Notes: generated by a model not told the origin, from the letters alone. DNA of 64,000 nt from Thermoplasmatota archaeon (GCA_041601615.1 JBFIHX010000003.1:64001-128000); one strand, 5' to 3'. Counted from the stretch's first letter, positions 47,398 through 57,640 are shown. Program-made: numbers and translations.

Positions 47398-50025
47398 CTA
47401 GATGAGGCAGGGGTTTCCAAGGGCGAATGCGAAGTTGTAGCTCAGGACGTAGCCGTATGCTTCCCAGTCCTGGGGGCAAGGCCGGCAGCCCTTCCCGGAT
47501 GCGTCTGTGCCTGCTTGACCTCCTACGTCTGCGGAGTGATAGGTTCCGCCGTCGCACACGGGGCCGCAGCCGTTGCCGCCGGCCAGCCAGTTCAGTATGC
47601 CGGCCGTGCTCAAGGGTGTGGGTGGGGGACAGGCACAGCCGTAGACGCCGCCACCGTACACGGCTCCGACGTTGATGGTGTCGAAGATGATCCACTTGCC
47701 GTTCACACAGGGGGCGCACGGGTTGGCGACTACGGTAGCGGAGTTTCCGACCACGGGGCCGTAGTGGTCTTCGCCGGCGGGGATGTCGCAGGGGTTGCAC
47801 GGGTCAACGAAGAAGCCCGTGTAGGTTCCGAGCAGGCCGTAGACTTCGGAGAACGCCGGGCAGGTGGCGCAGTCGTTCAGGTCTGCGGCGCCGGAGAGGA
47901 TGTCTTGTGGCTCGACGCAGGCGTTGCAGGGGTCCGGCAAGCCGAGGTAGGCAAGCACTTGGCCGACGGGGCACACAACACAGTCGAGCACGTCTTGGGT
48001 GCTGAGGGTGGTGCCGCTGGTGTCGATGCAGGTGTTGCACGGATCGGCCAGGCCAAGATCATTGAGGTTCTGGCCGATGGGGCAGACGATGCAGGTTTGG
48101 ACATCGTCGATCTTCAGGGCCGCGCCGCTTGGGTCGATGCAGGGTTGGCAGGGGTCCGACAGGATGGCCGTGTTGACGGCGAGTCTGTCGGGGCATTCCA
48201 CGCAGTCGGTGGGGACGCCGTCGATTTCAGGCAGCACCTTGGACTCCGTGGTGGTCAGGTCCTTGGCAATGACGCCTGGGGGCAGGCGAGTATCGCAAGG
48301 TGTGCAGTCAATCTTGCCGGGGCCTGGGGTGGCTGCCGAGGCGGACAGGCCGCGTTCCACGAGGGGTAGTTTGTCGGTGCCGATGGGTTCGCAGGGTCTG
48401 CAGGCGTCGGGGCTCTTGGGGAAGGCGACGCCGCCGATGACGTTGTTGGCGAGGGCTTGGACCAAGTCGATGTTGGTCGGGCATAGGCACAGGTGGATTT
48501 CGGCGCCGTCCCAGGCTTTCAGGAGGGCATCGAGGGCCGTGCCGACCACGGGCAATCCGGCTGCGGTGGTCTCCGCGCTGGGGTTGAGGATGCAGTCGGG
48601 TACGATGGGGTCATCGGTGGGCGGGTCTGGCGTCCAGCTGGCCTCTTCAAGGCAGGCAGCGCCGGCCATGGCGTGGCTGACGATGATTTCGAGGGTGGTG
48701 CCGGCCACGACCGGGAGGTACAGGTGGATGGCATTGGCTTCGGACCATGCTTCCGTGCCGGTGCCGTAGCTGTTTTTCTCGTTGATGATCAGACTGCCGC
48801 CGTTGATGAGTCCGATGTGGGTGGTTTGGTCTTCGTCGACGAGGGTGCCAACGAGGCTGCCGCGAACGAGCGCGCTGGAGGCGCGAGCGGCGGCGTAGGC
48901 GCCGGAGGGGTCGGCCACGGCCACGGCGTCGGCAGTGAGTGCTTCGGCGCGCAGGAGTTCGATGCCGTTGGTGGCGTCGGTGAGGACGAACCGTTCGATG
49001 TGGGCGTGTGCTTGGGCGTGGCTACTGTCAAGCGGTTCGTCTGTTTGTGCGGTTGCGTTGAGCACGTCGAGGTCGATGTGGAAATCACCTACGCCGGCGA
49101 CTTGAATCAGGTGCGAGGAGCGGACCATGCTTTGACCGCTGTCGTCGGGTGCCTGTTGGAGGTTGAGGCGGTCGACGAGGACGCTGGCGGGGGTGTTGGG
49201 CTCCTTGAGGCCGACGTACAAGTCGTAGGCTTCAGCGATGGCGTCTTGTTTGATGAACGACAGGATGTGGTCGGTCATGAACGCCTCGAATTGCGCAGGG
49301 CTTGCGGAGTTGAGGTTGGTGTGCAGGCCGTTGGTTTGGGCGGCGATGTAGGCGAGGTAGTCGGTCGCCATGGCGTTGCCGCCGTTTTGCACGGCAAGCA
49401 CTTGGATGCCTTGGGATTGGAGCATGGCGACTTGGGTTTCAAAGTCCAGTTCGTCGCCGGTGTTCAGGAGGCCGTCGGGTCCGGGGTCGTCGCCGGTGTT
49501 GTAGCCGCCGAAGTTGGTGTCGTGGCCGGGGGCGTCGGTGAAGAGGACGACGAGTTGGAGGCCGCCGCGCCAGCCCATGCCGGGTTGGCCGACTTCGTAG
49601 AGGGCGCGCACGAGGGATTCGGGGGTGTCCCAGCCGCTGCCTTGACCGATGGCCTGAATGGAGGCGTCGACGCTGGCGGAGTTGGTGCTGATGGTGTGGT
49701 CAAGGTACCAGGGTTGGTCGGAGGGGTCGCCGTAGCCGGTGGGGTTGTTGGGGTTGCCTTGGACCGGGGGATAGTCTTCGTAGTGGCCAACACCGAAGGC
49801 GGTGCCGGGCCATTCTGCTTCGACGTTTGCCATGATGTTGGAGGCGGTCGATTTGGCGTTGGCGATGACGCCAGCCATGCTGCCCGTGGTGTCGATGACG
49901 AACACGATGTCTACCGTGTTGGGGCGGCAGAGTTCGTTGCCGTCGTCGTCGACAAAGTTGGATTCGGCGAGCGCGCTCGGGATGGGCAGTAGGAAGATAC
50001 AGAGGATGAGTATGGGGAGCTTCAT
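47398..50025 (-). CDS. secreted vWA-domain protein with long cysteine-pair repeat region
   Basis: signal peptide; DIVFVIDTTGSM, D.PE, GWR, FTDA..H; about 15 CxxC/CxC pairs in C-terminal half. Confidence 0.85.
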   Translation of the reverse strand: MKLPILILCIFLLPIPSALAESNFVDDDGNELCRPNTVDIVFVIDTTGSMAGVIANAKSTASNIMANVEAEWPGTAFGVGHYEDYPPVQGNPNNPTGYGDPSDQPWYLDHTISTNSASVDASIQAIGQGSGWDTPESLVRALYEVGQPGMGWRGGLQLVVLFTDAPGHDTNFGGYNTGDDPGPDGLLNTGDELDFETQVAMLQSQGIQVLAVQNGGNAMATDYLAYIAAQTNGLHTNLNSASPAQFEAFMTDHILSFIKQDAIAEAYDLYVGLKEPNTPASVLVDRLNLQQAPDDSGQSMVRSSHLIQVAGVGDFHIDLDVLNATAQTDEPLDSSHAQAHAHIERFVLTDATNGIELLRAEALTADAVAVADPSGAYAAARASSALVRGSLVGTLVDEDQTTHIGLINGGSLIINEKNSYGTGTEAWSEANAIHLYLPVVAGTTLEIIVSHAMAGAACLEEASWTPDPPTDDPIVPDCILNPSAETTAAGLPVVGTALDALLKAWDGAEIHLCLCPTNIDLVQALANNVIGGVAFPKSPDACRPCEPIGTDKLPLVERGLSASAATPGPGKIDCTPCDTRLPPGVIAKDLTTTESKVLPEIDGVPTDCVECPDRLAVNTAILSDPCQPCIDPSGAALKIDDVQTCIVCPIGQNLNDLGLADPCNTCIDTSGTTLSTQDVLDCVVCPVGQVLAYLGLPDPCNACVEPQDILSGAADLNDCATCPAFSEVYGLLGTYTGFFVDPCNPCDIPAGEDHYGPVVGNSATVVANPCAPCVNGKWIIFDTINVGAVYGGGVYGCACPPPTPLSTAGILNWLAGGNGCGPVCDGGTYHSADVGGQAGTDASGKGCRPCPQDWEAYGYVLSYNFAFALGNPCLI

Positions 50026-50302
50026 CGGCCTCGCACAGGCATCGGCTGCTTACCGCTATGCGTCATTTCCCTCCCCACCGGTTTCCTCCTGTTGGATGCA
50101 CCCATGATGGCGGTTTTGCTTCTGTTGTGTATGGAGGTGGATGTTGGGGGTGGCGATTGTGAATGGAGGGCAAAACAAGTTTCCGATGGGGCTTGTGTGG
50201 TCCGGGTAGATGTGGCGTTTGGTGGGGTTCAAAACGCCCGCTCTGGCGCTGGCGGGGTCGACGGACCGCAACCGTCGTGTGCGGGGTGGGGCTCGCGGGG
50301 TC

Positions 50303-51583
50303 GTGGCGGATGTGCTGGATTCGATCCCTCCAGAGATGTGCGTTCGCTGCAAGGCGGCGCGTAGTCTCTGTGGGATCGATCCGTGTCCCCTGTTGCAACG
50401 GGTTCGGGGGCACTTGCCGAAGGTGCAGTTGCCGGGCCGGGATCTGTTTGGCAGCAGTCCGCCAAGTTTGTTCGTGGGGCGCCATGGCTATCCTCGGGTC
50501 AACGTGGGGCCGATGCTGCCGGCAGAGCATTTGTCAGAGGAGTTGGCGCGCAATTTGGACGCACCTCGACGCTGGATCAATGAACTGGGGGTGCCGGATG
50601 TGGTGGGGCTTCGTAGCAGCCTCGTGCGCACGACCCATTCCGTGAAGGTGGCAGACGCGGCCAGAAACCCCGACCGCATTACTCGGCTCAGTCAGGAATT
50701 GGCGGTGGCGGCGCGTCCCGTGGACACGGAGGTGCATCTTCGCAGGATGCCCAGTTTCAGTGTCGCGCACGTGGGTACCTTCACGGCTCCGCACGGTCCG
50801 GTGGTGGAGTTGGATCGGGCGCAATTGACGGAGAACGTCCGCGTGGAGAATCCGGTGGAGCGGGCCACTTCGGACACGGATTTGCGTGCGTCGTCGGCGG
50901 TGGTGCAGATGTTTGATCAGGGCGTGGATCCGTACCAAATGGAGCGGATTCTCAGCGCCGGGATGTTGGGGCTGGAGCGGGGGCGGCGCCTTGTCCCTAC
51001 CCGTTGGGCCATCACCGCGACAGACGATACGCTTGGCAAATCGCTCATCCCGCGCGTCCTGGACCTGCCGACTATCGACAAGCCTACGGTGCATTTTGCG
51101 GAGCGTTTTGGCAACCGCTTCCACATTCTTTTGCTGCCACGCCTCTGGGGCTTCGAGATCGTGGAGAGTTGGCAAAAGGGCTCCTTCTGGGCGCAGGGTC
51201 GAGAGCACGCCCCCGCTGACACGAGTCCCGCTGCCCCGCCTGCGGTGGATTGGGAGGATCACCGCGGCCGCACAGAGTACGCGCACAACGTCACTGGCGG
51301 ATACTACGCAGCTCGGCTTCCGGTGCTGGAGCACATGCTTGCCACGCGCAAACAAGCGACGGCCATCGTGTTGCGCGAAATCTCCGACGAGTACACGACG
51401 CCGCTCGGAGTCTGGGTGGTGCGGGAAGCGGCTCGCTGCGCTTTGGAATCGAAGCCGCTCGTGTTTGAGGACACGGAAAGTGCATTGCGGCACATGGATC
51501 GAAGGGCCCGACTCAAAGATTGGCGGCGGCACGCGGAGTTCTTGCCTCAGGTTTTGCGGCAGCGGACTCTCGAATCATTTTGA
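50303..51583 (+). CDS. nreA: Nre family DNA repair protein
   Basis: C..CK....LCG...CP, GSSPP..FVG..GYP, LVPTRW.ITA.D, C-terminal PIP box QRTLESF. Confidence 0.92.
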   Translation: MADVLDSIPPEMCVRCKAARSLCGIDPCPLLQRVRGHLPKVQLPGRDLFGSSPPSLFVGRHGYPRVNVGPMLPAEHLSEELARNLDAPRRWINELGVPDVVGLRSSLVRTTHSVKVADAARNPDRITRLSQELAVAARPVDTEVHLRRMPSFSVAHVGTFTAPHGPVVELDRAQLTENVRVENPVERATSDTDLRASSAVVQMFDQGVDPYQMERILSAGMLGLERGRRLVPTRWAITATDDTLGKSLIPRVLDLPTIDKPTVHFAERFGNRFHILLLPRLWGFEIVESWQKGSFWAQGREHAPADTSPAAPPAVDWEDHRGRTEYAHNVTGGYYAARLPVLEHMLATRKQATAIVLREISDEYTTPLGVWVVREAARCALESKPLVFEDTESALRHMDRRARLKDWRRHAEFLPQVLRQRTLESF

Positions 51584-51712
51584 TGCGGCGGTCGCGCCGG
51601 GTCTGTCGAGTATCTGGGAAATATCCCCCGGAATCGTCCCAAAACTCGTAGGGATGTGTGAAAAACCCGAGCAAGGCTTAACCTGAAACCCATGGTAGTA
51701 TGGGTGAAATCC

Positions 51713-52024
51713 ATGATATCTCTGGTATTATCAAAGGCACGCCCCCAACATGCGGTACTAATCCTGGCGCTGGCGGGGCTCATGGTTCTTCCAGTGGCAC
51801 AGGCACATCCACCGGCCGAGAATCAAAGCGAAGAGTCGCCCAACTGCGTGTATATGCTCATAAATCACCATAATCCGTACTACTGCGTACCCGGCCTTCC
51901 GCCCCGATGCGGCATTGTGGTCATTTTCTTCACGCTTAACCCGCCCAACGCATGGCCCTCCTACCAACAAGGTTGCGTGGATGAGTGGGATCAGTATGTA
52001 GCCAACATTGTACGGACCGAGTGA
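51713..52024 (+). CDS. small secreted four-cysteine protein
   Basis: GGGTGA RBS before ATG 51713; signal ending AQA; 2 nt upstream of the receptor-like gene. Confidence 0.7.
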   Translation: MISLVLSKARPQHAVLILALAGLMVLPVAQAHPPAENQSEESPNCVYMLINHHNPYYCVPGLPPRCGIVVIFFTLNPPNAWPSYQQGCVDEWDQYVANIVRTE

Positions 52025-52026
52025 GC

Positions 52027-53535
52027 ATGAAAATCCAGGAACGAGGGCTCATTCTAACGCTCGCCATGGTGGGACTTCTCGTGCTCACTGCGGGCCCAGC
52101 AAATGCGCAATCGGAGCGACTTGGCGCTTCCAGTCTTCAATGGAGTGCCGGTTCGGATTTGCAAGGGTCGGTTCCAGTCATGGAGATGATGTATGGTCCG
52201 TTTGCTCGCTTTTCTCTTTCAGCAGAATCATTGCGAATAGAAACGGATGCGAATTTCGTCGATGTGCAACCCGTTGTGCAGGAGCATCCAGAAACTACAA
52301 TCCAAGAGGCAGGCAAATCCACTGTGGAAGGGCAGGAAGCCCGGGTTGATGCCCGCATGTTCATCCATGCCTCCAGGGGGGCCAAATTGGTGGCGCCGGA
52401 CCTTGCCGGATGCGGTGCTGCGCAACCTCCTGTGCGCTCTGCCCACGTCTACCAACCCTTCCTCTCCGGCCGCCCCACCCTCCGCGTCCCCCTCGACGAC
52501 GCAGTGCGCTGGGAACCGTGCGGCGATGGTACCGTGACCTTGCACGGCGACTTCATAATCGCACTCTGGGAGTGGGACGCCGAACTGCGAAGCAGCGACG
52601 GCACGACCATGCTCCAAAGTGGGCGCGGAGACCCGACCGCGGGTGACCTGGGTTCCCGCGAGCAATTCCTGTTTGCCACGAATGCCACCTTGCGCCTGCC
52701 ACCCGGGAAGCAAGTGGTGTACTTGCGCGACCTCAGTGTGAGTACCGGCTCGGCGCACCTAGACGATGCCGAAGGTGAGGTGGCGGGCCGCGCCGTGTCT
52801 GGTGCCTTGGAATTGGAGGGCGATTTGCGCGTGCAAATCCAAGGTCAGGGAGCAAACGCGCCGTTGCAGGCGACCATCGATGGCATCACCGCCGCAAGCA
52901 TCGACGGACAGACCCTGGTGGTGCCAGGTGCGCCGGCTGGGGGCGTGTCGAGGTGGCCGTGGCTCCTGCTCGTGTTGGCGGCTCCCGTGGTTGGAATCGC
53001 CTATGCAAGACCCCACCTTCACTACTTCTACAACGAGCGAAACGGTGGTGAATTGGGCAGCCTCGTGCCAAAATCTCGAGCGCAACGGCGCGGCGTCGGA
53101 GTGTGGATCATGGCTCGCAAGGCCGAACGACGCGGATGGTTCTGGCTCAGTTTCCGGCGCGCCACGCGAGCCAACAACTTGTTTCGACCGTTTCCTGAAG
53201 CGCAGTTCACACGCGCCGTCGCCGCCGGACACCTAGGGCGGCACGCGGACGCCATGACGGACTTCCTGGACCTGTACAACCGCCACGACGAGCCCATGGG
53301 CCGGGCTGCGGCCGCGTGCGGAATCGCCCAGGAATGCTGCCGCATGGAACGCTGGGCCAATGGCAAGGAATGGCTGCTCATAGCGACCACAGAATCGTTC
53401 GAGTATGCACACCAAGCGAGCATAGAGCCGGAGTTTGACCACTTCCAAGGCGAGCCTTGGTTCGATGCAATGCGGCGCGGACGGAACGTGGTGCCGGCGT
53501 TCGAATTCGACCGTGGCGACCCATCGGTCCACTAG
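52027..53535 (+). CDS. single-pass membrane protein: signal peptide, ectodomain, TM, TPR-like tail
   Basis: GDFIIALWEWD motif shared with 19527-20909; TM WPWLLLVLAAPVVGIAY. Confidence 0.8.
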   Translation: MKIQERGLILTLAMVGLLVLTAGPANAQSERLGASSLQWSAGSDLQGSVPVMEMMYGPFARFSLSAESLRIETDANFVDVQPVVQEHPETTIQEAGKSTVEGQEARVDARMFIHASRGAKLVAPDLAGCGAAQPPVRSAHVYQPFLSGRPTLRVPLDDAVRWEPCGDGTVTLHGDFIIALWEWDAELRSSDGTTMLQSGRGDPTAGDLGSREQFLFATNATLRLPPGKQVVYLRDLSVSTGSAHLDDAEGEVAGRAVSGALELEGDLRVQIQGQGANAPLQATIDGITAASIDGQTLVVPGAPAGGVSRWPWLLLVLAAPVVGIAYARPHLHYFYNERNGGELGSLVPKSRAQRRGVGVWIMARKAERRGWFWLSFRRATRANNLFRPFPEAQFTRAVAAGHLGRHADAMTDFLDLYNRHDEPMGRAAAACGIAQECCRMERWANGKEWLLIATTESFEYAHQASIEPEFDHFQGEPWFDAMRRGRNVVPAFEFDRGDPSVH

Positions 53536-53537
53536 CT

Positions 53538-53867
53538 TCAATGCAAGCGATCTTGCCCGAATTCGGACGATCCCAACGGGCCCAACATTCGAGCCTTTTC
53601 CCATTCTTTCCCCTTTTTCCCTTCGTGTGGTGCGGGCTCAGGCGCCCATTCTGGAAGGGGGCCAAGGCCTCGCCGTCGCTCGTCCACCACGCGCCGCAGC
53701 TCGGCATCCCGGTAGCAATCGGCAAGCAACCGGCGACACGCCTCTGTGGCAAACCCGGACATGCTCCGGTGCCCCAGCCAACGCTGTTCACGGATCAGTT
53801 CGTCAATCGCGTCGGCCAGTTCACGCGGTAGCCCTGCCTGTCGGTGGGAAGATCCGTTCTGCAACAA
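53538..53867 (-). CDS. ribbon-helix-helix (CopG-like) protein
   Basis: LP.EL...ID.LI......G..S.S.F..EA.R..L pattern. Confidence 0.6.
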   Translation of the reverse strand: MLQNGSSHRQAGLPRELADAIDELIREQRWLGHRSMSGFATEACRRLLADCYRDAELRRVVDERRRGLGPLPEWAPEPAPHEGKKGKEWEKARMLGPLGSSEFGQDRLH

Positions 53868-53991
53868 GCCGCCGCAGCCTAGCTATGGCATTTAATATCC
53901 CCGAAATCAAGTGGAGAAATGGGGGCAATTGATTGCTGTAGCGCTGGCCCGCTGTGAAAGACCCATAGACACCCGCGTCCATGGCGGTCTC

Positions 53992-54384
53992 ATGGAATAC
54001 GCAATCAAAGCCACCAGCCCGCATGGCTTCGACAGCACCGTCGAACGCGCCCGCGCCGAGCTTGCCCAAGAAGGCTTCGGGGTCCTGACGGAGATCGATA
54101 TGCAGGCAAAAATGCTCGAAAAACTGGACCGGAACATGGACCGATACCTGATTCTCGGTGCCTGCAATCCGCCACTTGCCTGGGATGCCGTACACGCCGA
54201 GCCCGACGTAGGTGTCCTCTTGCCTTGCAACGTCTGCGTCTACGAAAAAGACGGCGCCATTGTCGTCAGCGCCATGGATCCCAACGCGGCCCTGAGCATG
54301 ATCGAAGACCCCACCGTACACCGCGTCGCCGCCGACGCCCGCAAGCGACTGGTCACGGCCGTGGCCAACACCTGCGCCGCCTGA
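53992..54384 (+). CDS. DUF302 family protein
   Basis: GFGVLTEID, Y.ILGACNP, G.LLPCNV.V. Confidence 0.92.
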   Translation: MEYAIKATSPHGFDSTVERARAELAQEGFGVLTEIDMQAKMLEKLDRNMDRYLILGACNPPLAWDAVHAEPDVGVLLPCNVCVYEKDGAIVVSAMDPNAALSMIEDPTVHRVAADARKRLVTAVANTCAA

Positions 54385-54419
54385 GCCCAGGAGTCAGTCG
54401 CGTCGCCCATGCCGGCCTG

Positions 54420-54610
54420 CTCGTCCCCGCGCCCGCCCCTGCTCCCGTCTCGGTCTCCCACCCACCTCTCCCAACCTCCCTTCTTCTTCGCCGCTCCCAG
54501 CAATCTCTCCCATCCTCCCCTCTCCCCGCCATCTCTCCCATCCTCCCTTCTCCTCAACCCCTCCCATTCTTCCCTCCCATCCTCCGCTCATCCCCCTATC
54601 CACTCTCGGG
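54420..54610 (+). terminator. long C/T-rich tract downstream of DUF302 gene
   Basis: about 190 nt, strongly pyrimidine-rich; similar tracts follow other gene ends. Confidence 0.4.
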
Positions 54611-54659
54611 CCAAGTCCCCTGCCGCAGCGTTCATTGCACCCCCCAGACTGGGCCGCTC

Positions 54660-54983
54660 GTGCAGATTCAGGGCGTCGAACAAATCGACCCGCAGACCGC
54701 CCACAAACGCCAGGGCCAAGGCGTCACCCTCGTGGACGTGCGCGAGGATGAAGAACGGCGATCCGCCAGCATCCCCGGAACCCTCTGGATTCCCCTATCC
54801 ATTTTCGCCAACCGGTGGCAAGAACTCCCAGACGAACCCCTCATCGTCTACTGCGCCGCCGGCGCCCGCAGCCAACAAGCCGCCACATTCCTACAAATGC
54901 AGGGACGCCGCGCCGGCAACCTTCGCGGCGGCATCATGGGCTGGGCCCAAGCCGGATTGCCCCTTGAAACCGGCGACAACTGA
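54660..54983 (+). CDS. rhodanese-like domain protein
   Basis: VDVRE..E....IPG, YCAAGARS, L.GG..GW. Confidence 0.9.
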   Translation: MQIQGVEQIDPQTAHKRQGQGVTLVDVREDEERRSASIPGTLWIPLSIFANRWQELPDEPLIVYCAAGARSQQAATFLQMQGRRAGNLRGGIMGWAQAGLPLETGDN

Positions 54984-55085
54984 GCCCCGCTAGGCCCCAA
55001 CCTTGACCACCCCGGGGCAGACAGCCCCTCCGCCCCCAACGCACTCGCTTAGCCCCGGCGCCACCCAATCCTGTTCGGCGGTGCC

Positions 55086-56339
55086 TTGGACCAAGAACTC
55101 GCGGCCATGCAAGAAAGGCTCGACGCCAACGTCCAGGTCACCATAGCGCCCATAAGCGGCGCCCTCGGCGGCCTCATCGCCTGGGTCGCCTTCACCGAAC
55201 GAGACCTCATCGGCGTCCCCCGCCTGCAAGCCATATTCTGGGCCGACTTGGTCGTTGCCGCATTCTACATCGGCCTCTGTCTCCTATTGTGGCGACGGCC
55301 CGCCCCCGTCCGCTTCGCCCAGATGCTCGCGTTCCTGATCGCACTTGCAGCTATTGCCACCAGTCTCACCACCCTCATCGCGCAACGCGACGCGTCCCCT
55401 CCTTTCACACTCGCCCTCGTCATCCTCGGCGCCGGCCTCGTCTTCCTATCGCAGCGCTGGATGATTGCACTCACGATCACCGTTTGGGTCGCGTGGCTCC
55501 TTGCAACACCCCTCCTCGCAAGCAGCATACGCACAGACTCCCTCTTCATCCTCCAAGTGGCCACCGCCATCGCACTCGTTGCGCACTGGGGGCGTCTACA
55601 CGCCTACCGGCGATTCATCACCGCCGAAAAACTCGAAGCCGCAGGACGACAAAAAGCCGAACGACTCGCCATGGAACTCGAACAATTTGCAAGCGTCGTG
55701 GCACACGACCTGCAAAACCCCCTCACCGCCATCCGACTCAAATGCGCAACCCTCCGACTCCAAGCCCCCGTCACCATCCAAAGCACCATCGACGCCCTCG
55801 ACCACGTCGCCGACAACATGGGGCACATGATCAGCGACCTTCTCGACTACGCACGCGCCGGCAGCCGCACCTTCCTCCGAGAAGCCGTCCCGCTCGCCTC
55901 GGTGTTTCACGAAATTGAAGTCATCTTCCAAGAACGATTTGAGGCGGCCGGCGCCAGACTCGAAAGCGAAGGCCTACCCACCGTCTACGGCGACCCAACC
56001 CAGCTCACCCAACTGTTCCAAAACCTCATCGGAAACGCCCTGCACTACCGGCACCCCACCCGCCCACTCCGCGTCTTCGTCCATGGCGCAAGCGTCCCCG
56101 ACGGCGTCGTCGTCACCGTCGCCGACAACGGCCAAGGCTTCGACCCATCCATCCGAGAACGCATGTTCATGCCGTTCCAACGCGGCGACACCACCCACAC
56201 CGGACACGGGCTCGGACTCGCCACATGCAGACGCATCATGGAATCTATGAACGGCACCATCGAAGCCGCCAGCCAACCCAGCGGCGGAGCACTGTTTACG
56301 CTCTGGTTTCCTGCCGTCACAAACACAACCAGCAATTAG
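55086..56339 (+). CDS. membrane sensor histidine kinase
   Basis: several TMs; AHDLQNPL, QNLIGNA, DNGQG, GLGLA. Confidence 0.92.
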   Translation: MDQELAAMQERLDANVQVTIAPISGALGGLIAWVAFTERDLIGVPRLQAIFWADLVVAAFYIGLCLLLWRRPAPVRFAQMLAFLIALAAIATSLTTLIAQRDASPPFTLALVILGAGLVFLSQRWMIALTITVWVAWLLATPLLASSIRTDSLFILQVATAIALVAHWGRLHAYRRFITAEKLEAAGRQKAERLAMELEQFASVVAHDLQNPLTAIRLKCATLRLQAPVTIQSTIDALDHVADNMGHMISDLLDYARAGSRTFLREAVPLASVFHEIEVIFQERFEAAGARLESEGLPTVYGDPTQLTQLFQNLIGNALHYRHPTRPLRVFVHGASVPDGVVVTVADNGQGFDPSIRERMFMPFQRGDTTHTGHGLGLATCRRIMESMNGTIEAASQPSGGALFTLWFPAVTNTTSN

Positions 56340-56360
56340 CCCCCGGCGCCTCACCGCAGC

Positions 56361-57023
56361 ATGGCCCAGTTCGTCCCCTACCAACCAGAGCACGTACCCG
56401 CCGACCTGAGCCTCACCCGCGCCCGCGCCTTCCGCGAAGACCTCGATGGCCGCCGCACCGTGCGCATGTTCGACCCCAACCGACCCGTCGACCGCGCCGT
56501 CATCGAAGAAGTGCTGCTTGCCGCCGGCACCGCCCCCAGCGGCGCCCACAAACAACCCTGGACCTTCGTCGCCATCTCGGACCACGAACTCAAAACCCGC
56601 ATCCGCGAAGCGACCGAAGAACAAGAACGCCGATTCTACGACGAAGTCGCCCCCGACGAATGGCTCGCCGACCTCGAACCACTCGGCACCGACTTCCTAA
56701 AAGCACACATCACCGACGCCCCCTGGCTCCTCGTGGTCTTTGCACAAGACTACGCCCTCGCCCCCGACGGCACCAAGTCCAAACACTACTACGTCAACGA
56801 ATCCGTCGGCATCGCCTGCGGCTTCCTCCTCGCCGCCATCCGCCGCGCAGGACTCGTCGCGCTCACCCACACACCAAGCCCCATGACGTACCTACGCGAC
56901 CTCCTGGACCGACCCAAAAACGAACGCACCTACCTCGTCCTCCCCGTCGGCTACCCCGCGCCCGACTGCAACGTTCCCGACCTCGACCGCAAACCCCTCG
57001 ACGCCTTCGTGGCATGGAAATGA
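56361..57023 (+). CDS. nitroreductase family, iodotyrosine deiodinase-like
   Basis: RRTVR.F, AGTAPSGAH.QPW, E..FY, YYV.ESVGIA.G, LTHTPSPM, RP.NE. Confidence 0.85.
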   Translation: MAQFVPYQPEHVPADLSLTRARAFREDLDGRRTVRMFDPNRPVDRAVIEEVLLAAGTAPSGAHKQPWTFVAISDHELKTRIREATEEQERRFYDEVAPDEWLADLEPLGTDFLKAHITDAPWLLVVFAQDYALAPDGTKSKHYYVNESVGIACGFLLAAIRRAGLVALTHTPSPMTYLRDLLDRPKNERTYLVLPVGYPAPDCNVPDLDRKPLDAFVAWK

Positions 57024-57640
57024 CCGACGCAAGCCTTGGCCACCACGCCCAAACTCCACGCCCCACCCTCACAGGTAACCATGTGCGCCTCGAACCCTTA
57101 CGCGTCGACCACGCCGCAGAACTCTGGCCCGCCGTCGACGACCCAACCATCGCTCAGTACTGGCCCCGACGCTGGACCAACCAACAAGACGTAGAACGCC
57201 AATTCGAAGCACTCACCAACACAGCCGCCACGACACCCTACCTCGTGCGAAACGCACGAACCGGCGCGGCCGCCGGCTCCACCGCATTCTACAACATCAG
57301 CACCGAACACCTACACCTCAGCATCGGCTGGACCTTCTACAACCAAGCCCACCGCCGCACCGCTACCAACACCGAAACCAAACTCCTGCTGCTGACCGAA
57401 GCCTTCGAAACCTGCCGCATGGAACGCGTCCAATTCGACGTAGACGGCCGCAACACCCGCAGCCAAGAAGCCGTCCTTAGGCTCGGGGCCAACCTGGACG
57501 GCATCCTGCGCCGCCACCGAGTCCTTCACGACGGCTACATCCGCGACACGCACGTCTTTTCGATCCTGCGCGAAGAATGGCCAGCCGCAAAAGCACGGCT
57601 CCAAAAACGACTGGACGGCCCCGCTGACTTTGAAGCTTAG
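57020..57640 (+). CDS. GNAT N-acetyltransferase (RimJ/RimL-like)
   Basis: IGWT, NTETKLLLL..AFE, N.RSQ.A..RLGA..G.LR. Confidence 0.9.
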   Translation: MTDASLGHHAQTPRPTLTGNHVRLEPLRVDHAAELWPAVDDPTIAQYWPRRWTNQQDVERQFEALTNTAATTPYLVRNARTGAAAGSTAFYNISTEHLHLSIGWTFYNQAHRRTATNTETKLLLLTEAFETCRMERVQFDVDGRNTRSQEAVLRLGANLDGILRRHRVLHDGYIRDTHVFSILREEWPAAKARLQKRLDGPADFEA

